Part shown: piece after piece, positions 15,454 through 24,502 of the stretch
Layout: the number at the start of each line of letters is the position of its first letter
Position numbering within the stretch: position 1 is the stretch's first letter
Origin: Planctomycetota bacterium
Lineage (GTDB): Bacteria; Planctomycetota; UBA1135; UBA2386
Direction: 5' to 3'
Assembly: GCA_965228735.1 (NCBI GenBank)
Contig: OZ245838.1
Span: forward strand, 4,256,001-4,320,000
Length of the DNA stretch: 64,000 nucleotides
Notes under the pieces: generated by a model
What the model was told of the DNA's origin: nothing
Seen by the model: the letters and a program-made list of their open reading frames with translations, nothing else
Database searches by the model: none
Program-made: the position numbers and the translations under genes

Positions 15454-17235
15454 CTACCACCGCGACCGGCACAGATAACGCGACCGCGAGTAATAGGTCG
15501 TCGACACCACGGTCGTCGCCTGGTGCTGCGCAAGCTCCGGTCGCACCGCCACCAGGAGCTCGTAGAGCGCCTGCCACGGCCCATCCTCGGGAGCGGCGCC
15601 CTCGGGAGCGGCGCCCTCGCCCTCGACCATGTTGCCGATGGCGCCGATCGAAGTCGACATACCGTCGATCACCTCGGTGATCGACGCGACCTCGAGGCCC
15701 TGCCACCGCCGTGGCAAGCGCTCGATCCGTTCGCGAACCGCCGGCAGGAACGCAGCATCGGCGGTCGCCACGTCACCGGCCGCCGCGGCCCGATCGAGCA
15801 CCGCGCGCAGGTTGCGCTTCGTGCCGTCACTGCCGCCCACCCCGATCACGAACACGTCGGCCGTGGTCGCGAACTCGATCGGCACCATGCCGAGCAGGGT
15901 CATCGAGTGGATCGTCACACCGGCGTATTCCTCCCGCTTGCGCGCGACGTGCAGCCCGCGCGCACGCAACACCGTCTCGAGGTTGTCGCCCCAGGCCTTG
16001 CCGTCCCGGACCTGCAGCAAGAAACACGAGTTGCCGAACTCCTGCTGCACCCGCAAGGACGGATCGTCGTCGCCGTCATCGACGGTCACGGCCATCGGCG
16101 CCGCCGAATCGGGCAGCACCATGTACTCGTCACCGATCAGCGCAAGCACGTCCTCGACGAGCCGCAGCTTGGTGAATTCGGTGAACGTCGCCTCGACGGC
16201 TTCGCGCGGCACCGGACTCGGCGTCACCGACGCCGCGATCTCGACGAGTCGGGGATAGAACTCCGCGAGCCCCTGGCCGTGGAGCGGCGCGACGCTGAAC
16301 GTGCGCGCGTGCTCGGGCAGCAACCGCAGCAGCGCCGGCTTCTGCCGGCCGAACGGCAACAGCAGCCGCATCAGGCCCTCGGCGCCGGCCGTGTGCTCGA
16401 CGCCGAACGTCTGCCCGACGTAGTGGCCGTCGGGAAACATCGCGATCGTGAGCCGGTCGATCGAACCGAAGCCGAGGTCGCGAATCACGCCCATCCAGTT
16501 CGCTTCGCCGCCCGGTTCATCGACCGCGCAGAGCCCGTCGATGCAGCGCCCGACCGCGACCTGCAGCCCGAGAGTCGCACCCCGCAGGTTCGGCGCGATC
16601 GGCGGCGGCCCACCGGGTTCGACCGCGAAGAACGGTGGCGCGCTGCGCTCGAGATCGGTACCGACCACGAGCACGAGACAGCCGTGGATCATCGTCGGCC
16701 CCGCGAGCTGGCCGCGGCCCGATGGTCGCAGCGGCACCTGCTGACCGGCGAGCTGGACCTCACGCACCGGATCATCGGCGAACAGCTCGAGCAGCGCATC
16801 GCGGACCTTGGGCAGGCCGCCCTCCGATTCACGATCCGGCGCGAACGCGATCAACGCTGCACCCGGCGGCAGACCGGCCGCAAACGTCATGTTCTGCCAA
16901 TCGAGCCGCAGGGCGACGACGAGCTCGCCGCCGTACTCGCGCAGCACGCCGGGCAGCGCGGCGAAGCTCTCGCGTCGTCCGACCGCGACCTCCGCACTCG
17001 CGGCGAGGCTGTCGAACAGCTGATCCCACTTCGGCGCGAGCGCGGGGCTCGTGAGCGCCCGCCCGAGGCCCGTGCCCGCGAACTCGCGCTTCCAGGCCGC
17101 GGGCCCGCGCATCCGCATCACGACGTCGCAGTCCGCCGGCACGAACTGCAGCGGATCCGGCAGTCGCTGCGCGGTCGCGGTCAACGCGAGGGCGAGCGCG
17201 GCCGCGAAGCCGGCGAGGGGCGAAGTGGGGCTCAT
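15454..17235 (-). CDS. Secreted hypothetical protein (DUF3352-like appearance)
   Basis: Signal peptide ...ALTATAQ, 593 aa, GC3 bias; family assignment weak. Confidence 0.7.
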   Translation of the reverse strand: MSPTSPLAGFAAALALALTATAQRLPDPLQFVPADCDVVMRMRGPAAWKREFAGTGLGRALTSPALAPKWDQLFDSLAASAEVAVGRRESFAALPGVLREYGGELVVALRLDWQNMTFAAGLPPGAALIAFAPDRESEGGLPKVRDALLELFADDPVREVQLAGQQVPLRPSGRGQLAGPTMIHGCLVLVVGTDLERSAPPFFAVEPGGPPPIAPNLRGATLGLQVAVGRCIDGLCAVDEPGGEANWMGVIRDLGFGSIDRLTIAMFPDGHYVGQTFGVEHTAGAEGLMRLLLPFGRQKPALLRLLPEHARTFSVAPLHGQGLAEFYPRLVEIAASVTPSPVPREAVEATFTEFTKLRLVEDVLALIGDEYMVLPDSAAPMAVTVDDGDDDPSLRVQQEFGNSCFLLQVRDGKAWGDNLETVLRARGLHVARKREEYAGVTIHSMTLLGMVPIEFATTADVFVIGVGGSDGTKRNLRAVLDRAAAAGDVATADAAFLPAVRERIERLPRRWQGLEVASITEVIDGMSTSIGAIGNMVEGEGAAPEGAAPEDGPWQALYELLVAVRPELAQHQATTVVSTTYYSRSRYLCRSRW

Positions 17236-17313
17236 GGCCTGGAATCGGACGCCCCGAGCCGCGGCCGCGCAACCCCCCGCTACGTGGGGCGGGCGCGTTC
17301 CTTGCCCGCACCG

Positions 17314-18072
17314 CTAGAAACGGATGCCGCCGCCGATCAGCAGGCCGCTGATGCCGATGTCGATGTCGACGCTGTCGCCATCGATGTCGCCCTCTCCTTC
17401 GAAGTCGATCGAGCGGTAGCCGACGAACAGGTTGAGCGGCTCGAGCGCGGTGATCTCGAGCAGCGCCTCGATGTCGAGCATCTCGGCATCCACGTCGTCG
17501 ACGTCGACCGACACGTAGCCGACCTCGCCGACCAGTTGGACAGCGCTGACGATGTCGACCTCGACGCGGCCGAACAGCATCGGCAGCGGCGCCTGTAGCT
17601 CGACGTTCTCGCTCGCGGCGCCGATCGAGTCGCGCACGAAGATCGAGAGGTCGACGAAATTGGCCGCGATGCCGGGCTGCAGCGAGACCGGACCGAGCGG
17701 GATCTCGAACGTGTAGCTGACCTTGGCGCTGGCCATCTCGAAGTCGGTCAGGACCGGCACGTTGGCCGACACGTTACCGAACTGCTGGGTCAGCGTGCCG
17801 CGGCCCTCGTCCTCGAACAGAAAGCCCGAGACCGCGAGGTTGGGGACGCCGAAGTCCATCGCGGCCCGGACGATCGGCGTGCCCTGCTCGTCGCCGAGGC
17901 CGAGCGCGGTCTCGATGTCGTCCTGGGCGGTGACGCCGCCCGAGCCGCTGACGTAGCCGATGTCACCGTCGAGGCCGAGCTGGGCGAAGCCCGCCTGACC
18001 GGTGATCTCGAATTGATAGCACGACGTGGCGAGCGCGAGCGCTGCGAGCGCGAGGCAATGACGAATGCGCAT
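17314..18072 (-). CDS. Putative outer-membrane beta-barrel protein with lipoprotein-like signal
   Basis: LALATSC lipobox-like; alternating beta-strand pattern; C-terminus GLLIGGGIRF ends in Phe. Confidence 0.75.
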   Translation of the reverse strand: MRIRHCLALAALALATSCYQFEITGQAGFAQLGLDGDIGYVSGSGGVTAQDDIETALGLGDEQGTPIVRAAMDFGVPNLAVSGFLFEDEGRGTLTQQFGNVSANVPVLTDFEMASAKVSYTFEIPLGPVSLQPGIAANFVDLSIFVRDSIGAASENVELQAPLPMLFGRVEVDIVSAVQLVGEVGYVSVDVDDVDAEMLDIEALLEITALEPLNLFVGYRSIDFEGEGDIDGDSVDIDIGISGLLIGGGIRF

Positions 18073-18110
18073 GGTGGTGGTTCCTTCTGGTCTGAGCGAG
18101 GGGCGAACGT

Positions 18111-18989
18111 TCAGTTCGCGGTCACGTCGAACGTGTCGAGGTTGACGTTGAACGTGCCGACACCGCTCACCTCGAGCACCGCGATGTTGCTCTTGTTGAA
18201 CGTCAGCGTCCCGCTCACGGACAGCGCCGTCGTCTGGTTCGTCAGCGACCAGGTGATGACGCCTGACGGGTATTCCTGGCCCGGCTCTTCATCCGTGAGG
18301 ATCTCGTCGAAGGAGAACGCGAAGCGGCAGACGTTGCCGCTGACCGACGTATCGATGTTGCACGTCTGCACCGGCGGCGTGGAGCTGGCAACGGCCGCGA
18401 CGCCCTCGGTCGACTCGAGCTCTTCGAGCTCGTTCTGGTTGGCCGAACCCGCGATCAGCCCGGTCAGCGCGGCGGGATCGCTCGTCGCGCCCGACGACAT
18501 CGCCGTGCCGCCCGTGACCGTGCCACCCGCGTTGCAGGTCGCGCCTTCGTAGATCGTCCACTCGCCGACCATGAACGGCCGGCCCGACGAGAACATCGTG
18601 CGCAGCTGCGTCGCCGCGTCGTCGATCGCCTGCGACAGGCTCACCGTCGACAGCGTCAGACCCGTGACCGGCGAACCACCCGTCGGGCCGTAGAACTGGA
18701 TCAGACCGGCGATCTGGAACGAGCCGATGTCGATGCAGTAATCGATCTTGGTGCCGTCGAAGCTCCAGAGCAGCCCGGTCGGATCCGGCGGGTTATTGGT
18801 CTGCGCCTGGCGCCAGAGCTTGCTGAACTCGACGACCTCGTCGAGCCGCCGGATGTGCGGCGGGATGCAGTCGACGACGAGCTCGAGCTTGGCCTGCAGG
18901 TCGGGATCGAGCGTCGAGTCGACCGAGCTGTCACAGCCGGCCAGAGCGAGAAGGAGGCAAGAGGACGTCAGCAGACGCGACGAGAGCAT
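18111..18989 (-). CDS. Lipoprotein of unknown function
   Basis: LLLALAGC lipobox; Ser/Thr-rich beta-strand-like sequence with several Cys. Confidence 0.8.
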   Translation of the reverse strand: MLSSRLLTSSCLLLALAGCDSSVDSTLDPDLQAKLELVVDCIPPHIRRLDEVVEFSKLWRQAQTNNPPDPTGLLWSFDGTKIDYCIDIGSFQIAGLIQFYGPTGGSPVTGLTLSTVSLSQAIDDAATQLRTMFSSGRPFMVGEWTIYEGATCNAGGTVTGGTAMSSGATSDPAALTGLIAGSANQNELEELESTEGVAAVASSTPPVQTCNIDTSVSGNVCRFAFSFDEILTDEEPGQEYPSGVITWSLTNQTTALSVSGTLTFNKSNIAVLEVSGVGTFNVNLDTFDVTAN

Positions 18990-19097
18990 GGATCAGTCTC
19001 CGATTCGGTCGGTCCCTCGAAACAGGGGCCGGTGCCATGGGGGAGTGAGATGGGGATGTGGGAGCAGCGCCCGCAGTTTAGCCTGACGCGAGAGCCG

Positions 19098-21110
19098 ATG
19101 GCCAAGACGCGCAAGAACTCCAGCGGCACCGCCATGATTCTGGTGGTTTCGGGGGTCATTGCGCTGGTCGTCGGACTGTGGCTGGTGGGCCGTAACCAAG
19201 AGCCGGAGGCGCCGCCGACCGCGACGCCGCCCGCCGCGGAGAACAGCGACCGCGACGCCGCCGAGCGAACAGAGATTCTGCCGGCGCCGGCCCCCGCCGC
19301 CGTTCGCTCGGAGTCGACCGGGACGCGGGTCGTGGACGCAGAACGGGCGAAATCGGGGTCGCGGGACGCGGCGATCCGGGTCGTCGTGCGGTTCGCGGCG
19401 GGTCATGAGCCGGCGCACGTCGACGTGGTCGTCGCACGGCAGGACAGCGGCAACGAGGTCACGGCGGTGCGGCTGCCCGTCGAGGGCGGGAGTGCAGCGA
19501 GCTTGCTGACCGTGCCGCCCGGGGTGTGGGTGTGGGTACGGGCGCTCGTCGACGGGGCGTATGGGAGCAGCGTGCTGCGACGGCTCATTCCGGGCGAGGA
19601 GCACGACGTGGAGCTGTATTGCGCGGCACATCCGACACGGTTTCGGATCACGGGGCCGTCTCCCGATCTCATCGCGATGATGCAGGTCGAGGTCTGGGAG
19701 GACCCGCTCGAGTCGCAGGAACGGCTTCTGCGGGTCCCGTTCGGAGCGGACGGGCGCGCGACGTGCCTGCTGGACCGACCAGCACACGCCGTCGTCCGAC
19801 TCTTCGACGGCAAGACCGTGCCTCTGCTGGCGGATGGACGGTCCTACTTCGCTCCTGGTGGCGAAGCGACGTTGACGCCCGATCAACAACTGCACGGGTT
19901 CGTAACTCGGCACGAGAAACGGCCGATCCTGGGAAGTCTGCAGCTCGGAGCACGCGAGACCGAGTCCCAACAACACGGTGCCTTCGTCACGACCAAGGCG
20001 CTGGTCGACGCAACCGAGACCGTGCGTTGCACCGTTGGCCCACCGCTGCACAGCACGGGGACTGCTCCGCTCGCGATCTTCCGCACCGCGGCCGACGTAT
20101 GGCCGATCGATGTCGAGCGACTCGACTTGCTCGGTTCGATCATGGTCACGTTCGGTGCGCTGCGGCCCGAGGAAGCCGACGCCGTGTCCGACCTGATCGC
20201 GGTGCGGCTCGACGACCAACGACGCTACGAAATCACGCGCAGCCGTGGCGACGATCACGACATCGTGGCGCCGGCCGGTCGCTACCGCCTCGTGTGGGCC
20301 GGCAGCGACGGGGTCGATCGCCCGGCGGTCGATTCCGTGCTCGTCGAGCCGAATGCCCCCACGAAGATCACCCTTGCACCGCGTCTGCAACCACAATGGG
20401 TGTTCGAGATTCAAGACGCGGCCAACCCCGCGACGCGGGTCGACGGGGCATGGCTGGTGTGGCCGGGACAACGCCTCTTCGGCACACTGCAGAACGGCGT
20501 TGTGTCCGGGCACTCGGACGCGACGCCGCGTCCGGGACAGCTCGCGCAGCTTCGCCTGCGACACCAGCTGCACACGTTCGAGGCCCGGTTCGTCAGCGTC
20601 GACCCGACCCGGCGCCGCGCCGTGCTCGAGTCGGAGCTCGCGCGCGCCATCCCCGTGCGACTGCGCATCACGCCGCTGCCCGGAGAACGGCCGCCGACCA
20701 TCCGCACGGCGGGCTACTCGATCGACGACCTGTTCGGCGGCGTGGCGCGCCCATCGATCACGCAGGTTCCGGCCGAGAAGCTCGTCGTCACCGCAGGCAA
20801 ACCGGTGCAGGGCTACGTCACGCAATACTCGCGCGGCAGCGAGCAGGTGATCGGCTGGTTTCAGGCCACCGCACAGCAGCCAGATGTCACGGTCGAGGCC
20901 GACGGTCACTGGGCCACCGTGATCTGCCCGCCGGGACTGCAGACGGCGAGCGTGCTCTTCGGCGGCGAGCCAACGGCGACCGCGAGGATCTTCCCCGAAG
21001 GCGGCCGAGCCGAGCTGCACGTACCGCGCGGCACGACCGACATCACCGTGTCCGTGAACGGCGCGTTTCAGCCCTTCGACGCACGAACCACGAAGATCGT
21101 CCTGCGCTGA
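19098..21110 (+). CDS. Membrane-anchored hypothetical protein with beta-sandwich-like domains
   Basis: MAKTRKN...ILVVSGVIALVVGLWLV TM anchor, Pro/Ala linker, beta-rich body. Confidence 0.7.
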   Translation: MAKTRKNSSGTAMILVVSGVIALVVGLWLVGRNQEPEAPPTATPPAAENSDRDAAERTEILPAPAPAAVRSESTGTRVVDAERAKSGSRDAAIRVVVRFAAGHEPAHVDVVVARQDSGNEVTAVRLPVEGGSAASLLTVPPGVWVWVRALVDGAYGSSVLRRLIPGEEHDVELYCAAHPTRFRITGPSPDLIAMMQVEVWEDPLESQERLLRVPFGADGRATCLLDRPAHAVVRLFDGKTVPLLADGRSYFAPGGEATLTPDQQLHGFVTRHEKRPILGSLQLGARETESQQHGAFVTTKALVDATETVRCTVGPPLHSTGTAPLAIFRTAADVWPIDVERLDLLGSIMVTFGALRPEEADAVSDLIAVRLDDQRRYEITRSRGDDHDIVAPAGRYRLVWAGSDGVDRPAVDSVLVEPNAPTKITLAPRLQPQWVFEIQDAANPATRVDGAWLVWPGQRLFGTLQNGVVSGHSDATPRPGQLAQLRLRHQLHTFEARFVSVDPTRRRAVLESELARAIPVRLRITPLPGERPPTIRTAGYSIDDLFGGVARPSITQVPAEKLVVTAGKPVQGYVTQYSRGSEQVIGWFQATAQQPDVTVEADGHWATVICPPGLQTASVLFGGEPTATARIFPEGGRAELHVPRGTTDITVSVNGAFQPFDARTTKIVLR

Positions 21111-21276
21111 CCCCCCCGTACGGTACCTGGTTCGAACTGCCGGACCTACCTCCACCGCAGCCCGCCACACCCGGCAGTTTGCGCTGACCCCCCCGTACGG
21201 TACCTGGTTCGAACTGCCGGACCTGCCTCCACCGCAGCGCGCCACACCCGGCAGTTTGAACCAGGTACCGTACGGG
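21103..21276. repeat. 77-bp tandem duplication plus 85-bp hairpin element (REP/MITE-like)
   Basis: Units 21103-21179 and 21180-21256 differ at 2 nt. The arms of 21192-21276 (CCCGTACGGTACCTGGTTCGAACTGCCGG / CCGGCAGTTTGAACCAGGTACCGTACGGG) are inverted repeats at 28/29. Confidence 0.9.
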
Positions 21277-21288
21277 TAGAACTTCCGC

Positions 21289-22785
21289 ATGACGTTTGCC
21301 CCGCCGCCCGAGCGCCGGATGTTTGCCAACCGCACGCTCAACATGCGGTCCGTTCAGGTCGTCGGTTTCGACATGGACTACACGCTCGTGCACTACGAGG
21401 TGCCGGTCTGGGAGACGCGGGCCTATGCGCACGCGCAGCAGCGGCTCGTCGACGAGGGGCTGCCGCTGCAGGACCTCGAGTTCGATCCGGAGATGTTCGC
21501 GCGCGGGCTCGTGCTCGATCTGGAGCTCGGGAACATCGTCAAGGCCAACCGCTTCGGCTACATCACGCAGAGTTCGCACGGCACGCAGCCGATGCTGCAC
21601 GAGGCGCAACGGCGCACCTACGCGCAGGTCTGGGTGAACCTCAGCGAGCCGCGCTGGGTGTTCCTCAACACGCTGTTCTCGCTGTCCGAGGCGTGCCTCT
21701 ACGGGCAGCTCGTCGACCTGCTCGATCGGGGGAAGCTCGGCGATGCCGACGTCGAACCCGGTGACTACTCGCGGCTCTACGACTTCGTGAAGCGCGGGAT
21801 GGACGCCGCGCACCTCGAGGGTGAGCTCAAGGCGGAGATCATCGCGGACCCGGAGAAGTTCGTCGTGTTCGACCGCGACCTGCCGCGCGCGCTCCTCGAC
21901 CTCAAGCACGCGGGCAAGAAGCTGTTCCTCGCGACGAACAGCGAGTGGCACTACACGGACCCGATGATGCGCTACGTGTTCGACCGCTACATGCCGGACG
22001 GCATGACGTGGCGCGACCTGTTCGACCTCACGATCGTGCAGGCCAGGAAGCCCGGGTTCTTCACGTCGGAGCAGGGCTTCGAACTCGTGAACGAGGCGAC
22101 GAACGAATCGTCGCCGCACGAGGGCCCGCTCGACAGCGACCGCGTGTTCCTCGGGGGCAGCGCCAAGATCGTGCAGGAGCACTTCGGCGTCGACGGCGGC
22201 GTGATCCTCTACGTCGGCGACCACGCCTACGCCGACGTGCACGTGTCGAGCCGGCTGCAGCGCTGGCGCACGGTGCTCGTGCTGCGCGAGCTCGAGGAGG
22301 AGATCCAGCAGGAGATCGCGTTCGCCGGCAGCCAGCGCCAGCTCGAGGAGCTCATGGCGCAGAAGGTCCGACTCGATCACGAACAGGCGATGCTGCGGCT
22401 CGCGATCCTGCGGCTCGATCGCAACGGCAAGCCGATCGACGGGCTCACCGGTGACGCCGACGCACTGCAGGACCGACTGCGCGCGCTGCGGCCCGAGATC
22501 GACGCGCTCGATCAGCGCATCGCGCCGCTCGCCGCGGCCGCGAGCAGCCTCGGCCATTCACACTGGGGGCCGCTCATGCGTGCCGGCATCGACAAGAGCC
22601 GCCTCGCGCGCGAGATCGAGGGCTTCGCCGACGTCTACACGTCGCGCGTGTCCAACTTCCTGTTCCTGTCGCCATTCGGCTACCTGCGCGCCGGGCGCGG
22701 CACGCTGCCGCACGACGTCGCGTCGGGCGCTCAGGTCGCGGCGGAGCCGGATGCCGAGCCGTCGGGGTCGACCGGGTCACCGTAG
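21289..22785 (+). CDS. HAD-IG family (cN-II-like) cytosolic 5'-nucleotidase
   Basis: FANRTLNM...VVGFDMDYTL, FLATNS, ARKPGFF, LYVGDHAYADV, ADVYTSRVSN. Confidence 0.92.
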   Translation: MTFAPPPERRMFANRTLNMRSVQVVGFDMDYTLVHYEVPVWETRAYAHAQQRLVDEGLPLQDLEFDPEMFARGLVLDLELGNIVKANRFGYITQSSHGTQPMLHEAQRRTYAQVWVNLSEPRWVFLNTLFSLSEACLYGQLVDLLDRGKLGDADVEPGDYSRLYDFVKRGMDAAHLEGELKAEIIADPEKFVVFDRDLPRALLDLKHAGKKLFLATNSEWHYTDPMMRYVFDRYMPDGMTWRDLFDLTIVQARKPGFFTSEQGFELVNEATNESSPHEGPLDSDRVFLGGSAKIVQEHFGVDGGVILYVGDHAYADVHVSSRLQRWRTVLVLRELEEEIQQEIAFAGSQRQLEELMAQKVRLDHEQAMLRLAILRLDRNGKPIDGLTGDADALQDRLRALRPEIDALDQRIAPLAAAASSLGHSHWGPLMRAGIDKSRLAREIEGFADVYTSRVSNFLFLSPFGYLRAGRGTLPHDVASGAQVAAEPDAEPSGSTGSP

Positions 22786-23528
22786 GTCTCACGGTAGATC
22801 GCCGCCCCGCGCCGGCCCTGCATCCAGCCGAGCACGCCCATCCCTGGCCCGAGGACCATGTAGCACCAGCCGGGCAGTCCGGACTTCTCCCAGACGCGAG
22901 TCAACGCAAACGTGATCGATGCCGCCGCGACGAGGATCTGGAACCAGAACCGAACGAGGCTCGCCCGCAGCTCGTACTCCTCGAACGCGTTGAGTTGCAT
23001 CGCCGCGCGCTCCTTCCACGCGTGACGATAGAGCAGCACGTAGACGAGGAAGATCAGCAGATAGCCGCTGCTGTAGTAGGTGAACAACCACGTCGTGCCG
23101 CCAAAGTCCCGGAAGCCTTCCTGGACGACCTCAGGCGTGAGCTCGCCGATCGGCCCGACCATGAACACGTACATCCACGTGAAAAGCGTCTTCAGCGGAT
23201 ACGCATAGACGAGGACAAGGAACAGCAGCGCGAGGTTGAGGAACGCCGTCCAGCCGTCGCGCAGGTTGAAGCGCCGCGAGAACAACCAGTGCTCGAACCA
23301 CAGGTAGCACAGGATCGCGAACGCCGGCAGCGCCGGAACCATCGAGCGCATCGCGGCGCCGAGGTCGGCGAACGACAGCGGCGGCTCGGAGCGCAGGAAC
23401 ACGAGCGCGAGCACGATCGCGAACACGCCGTCCGTGAAGCTCTCGAGCCGCGAGACGTCGGCCTCGCCGCGCCAGCGGAAGCCGCGGTCGAGGCGACGCG
23501 GGGTGATCGGCGCGGGGCCTTCACTCAT
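22731..23528 (-). CDS. TMEM175 (DUF1211) family ion channel
   Basis: SRLESFTDGVFAIV (RxxxFSD-like), W..H..F, LNLALLF..L..YP; about six TM helices. Confidence 0.85.
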   Translation of the reverse strand: MSEGPAPITPRRLDRGFRWRGEADVSRLESFTDGVFAIVLALVFLRSEPPLSFADLGAAMRSMVPALPAFAILCYLWFEHWLFSRRFNLRDGWTAFLNLALLFLVLVYAYPLKTLFTWMYVFMVGPIGELTPEVVQEGFRDFGGTTWLFTYYSSGYLLIFLVYVLLYRHAWKERAAMQLNAFEEYELRASLVRFWFQILVAAASITFALTRVWEKSGLPGWCYMVLGPGMGVLGWMQGRRGAAIYRETYGDPVDPDGSASGSAAT

Positions 23529-23641
23529 GCGGTGAAGAATGCCGCGACAGCAACGGCGAGGGAACCGTCTACGCTGAGATCCAAGAACCGATCCAGACCC
23601 CCGAACCAACCGGAGACCTGGACCAACCGGAGACCCGAACC

Positions 23642-24478
23642 ATGCATTCGATCCCGCTCTGCTCCGTTCTCCTGCTCACCGCCACGCTCGTCGGCCAGGC
23701 CGAGATGCCAGAACGGCCCGAGCCGATCGCCGAGGTGATGCTGATCGGCACGTTCCACTTCGCCAACCCGGGGCTCGACTCGTTCAACCTCGAGGCCGAC
23801 GACGTGCGGTCGGAGAAGCGGCAGAAGGAGATCGCGGCGCTCGTGCAGCGGCTCGCGAAGTGGCAACCCGATCTCGTCATGGTCGAGTTCCCGCGCCAGA
23901 AGCAGTCGCTGCTCGACGAGCGCTACGCGAAGTATCGCGCCGGCGGGCTGCGCGACACGCGCAACGAATACGCGCAGGTCGGCATGCGGCTCGCGGACGC
24001 GCTCGAACATCCGCGCATGGCCGCGATCGACGTGAAACACACGTTCATGTCACCGCAGCATCAGGCCCTCTTCGAGAAGCCGACCGAGCGCCTGCAGAAG
24101 CTCGGCGCCGACCTCGAGCAGAAGGGCAACGCTGCGATGAAGGTCATGGCCGAACGGCTCGAGAAGAGCACGATCGGCGACATGCTCGCGTGGATGAACG
24201 AGGAGCCGATGCTGCAGCGCAACCACGACATCTACGTCGATGACCTCATGCGCGGCTGGCGCGACGAGAACCAGGGCGGCGCGCACACGGTCGCCAACTG
24301 GTACACGCGCAACATCCTGATGTTCCAGAACGTGCTGCGCGAAGTCGTGGAGAGCGACGGCAAGGTGAAGCGCGTCGTCCTCCTGGTCGGCCAGGGCCAC
24401 GTCCCGATCCTGCGGCAGCTCACGCGCGACAACCCGTCGCTCGCCGCGGTCGACCCGGTGCCGTTCCTGCGCGACTGA
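23642..24478 (+). CDS. Secreted DUF5694-type protein
   Basis: Signal peptide; VMLIGTFHFANPGLD, RNEYAQVGMRLA, WYTRN, GQGH. Confidence 0.8.
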   Translation: MHSIPLCSVLLLTATLVGQAEMPERPEPIAEVMLIGTFHFANPGLDSFNLEADDVRSEKRQKEIAALVQRLAKWQPDLVMVEFPRQKQSLLDERYAKYRAGGLRDTRNEYAQVGMRLADALEHPRMAAIDVKHTFMSPQHQALFEKPTERLQKLGADLEQKGNAAMKVMAERLEKSTIGDMLAWMNEEPMLQRNHDIYVDDLMRGWRDENQGGAHTVANWYTRNILMFQNVLREVVESDGKVKRVVLLVGQGHVPILRQLTRDNPSLAAVDPVPFLRD

Positions 24479-24502
24479 CGGCCGCGCGCTACGATCGCGG
24501 CG

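Noticed and set aside
15585..15620. 15-bp tandem repeat (EGAAP twice) inside a CDS
   Set aside because: Short in-frame linker duplication with no sign of phase variation.
21103..21276. Possible CRISPR array
   Set aside because: Only two units, the would-be spacers are nearly identical, and no cas genes are in the window; it is a tandem duplication of a hairpin element.
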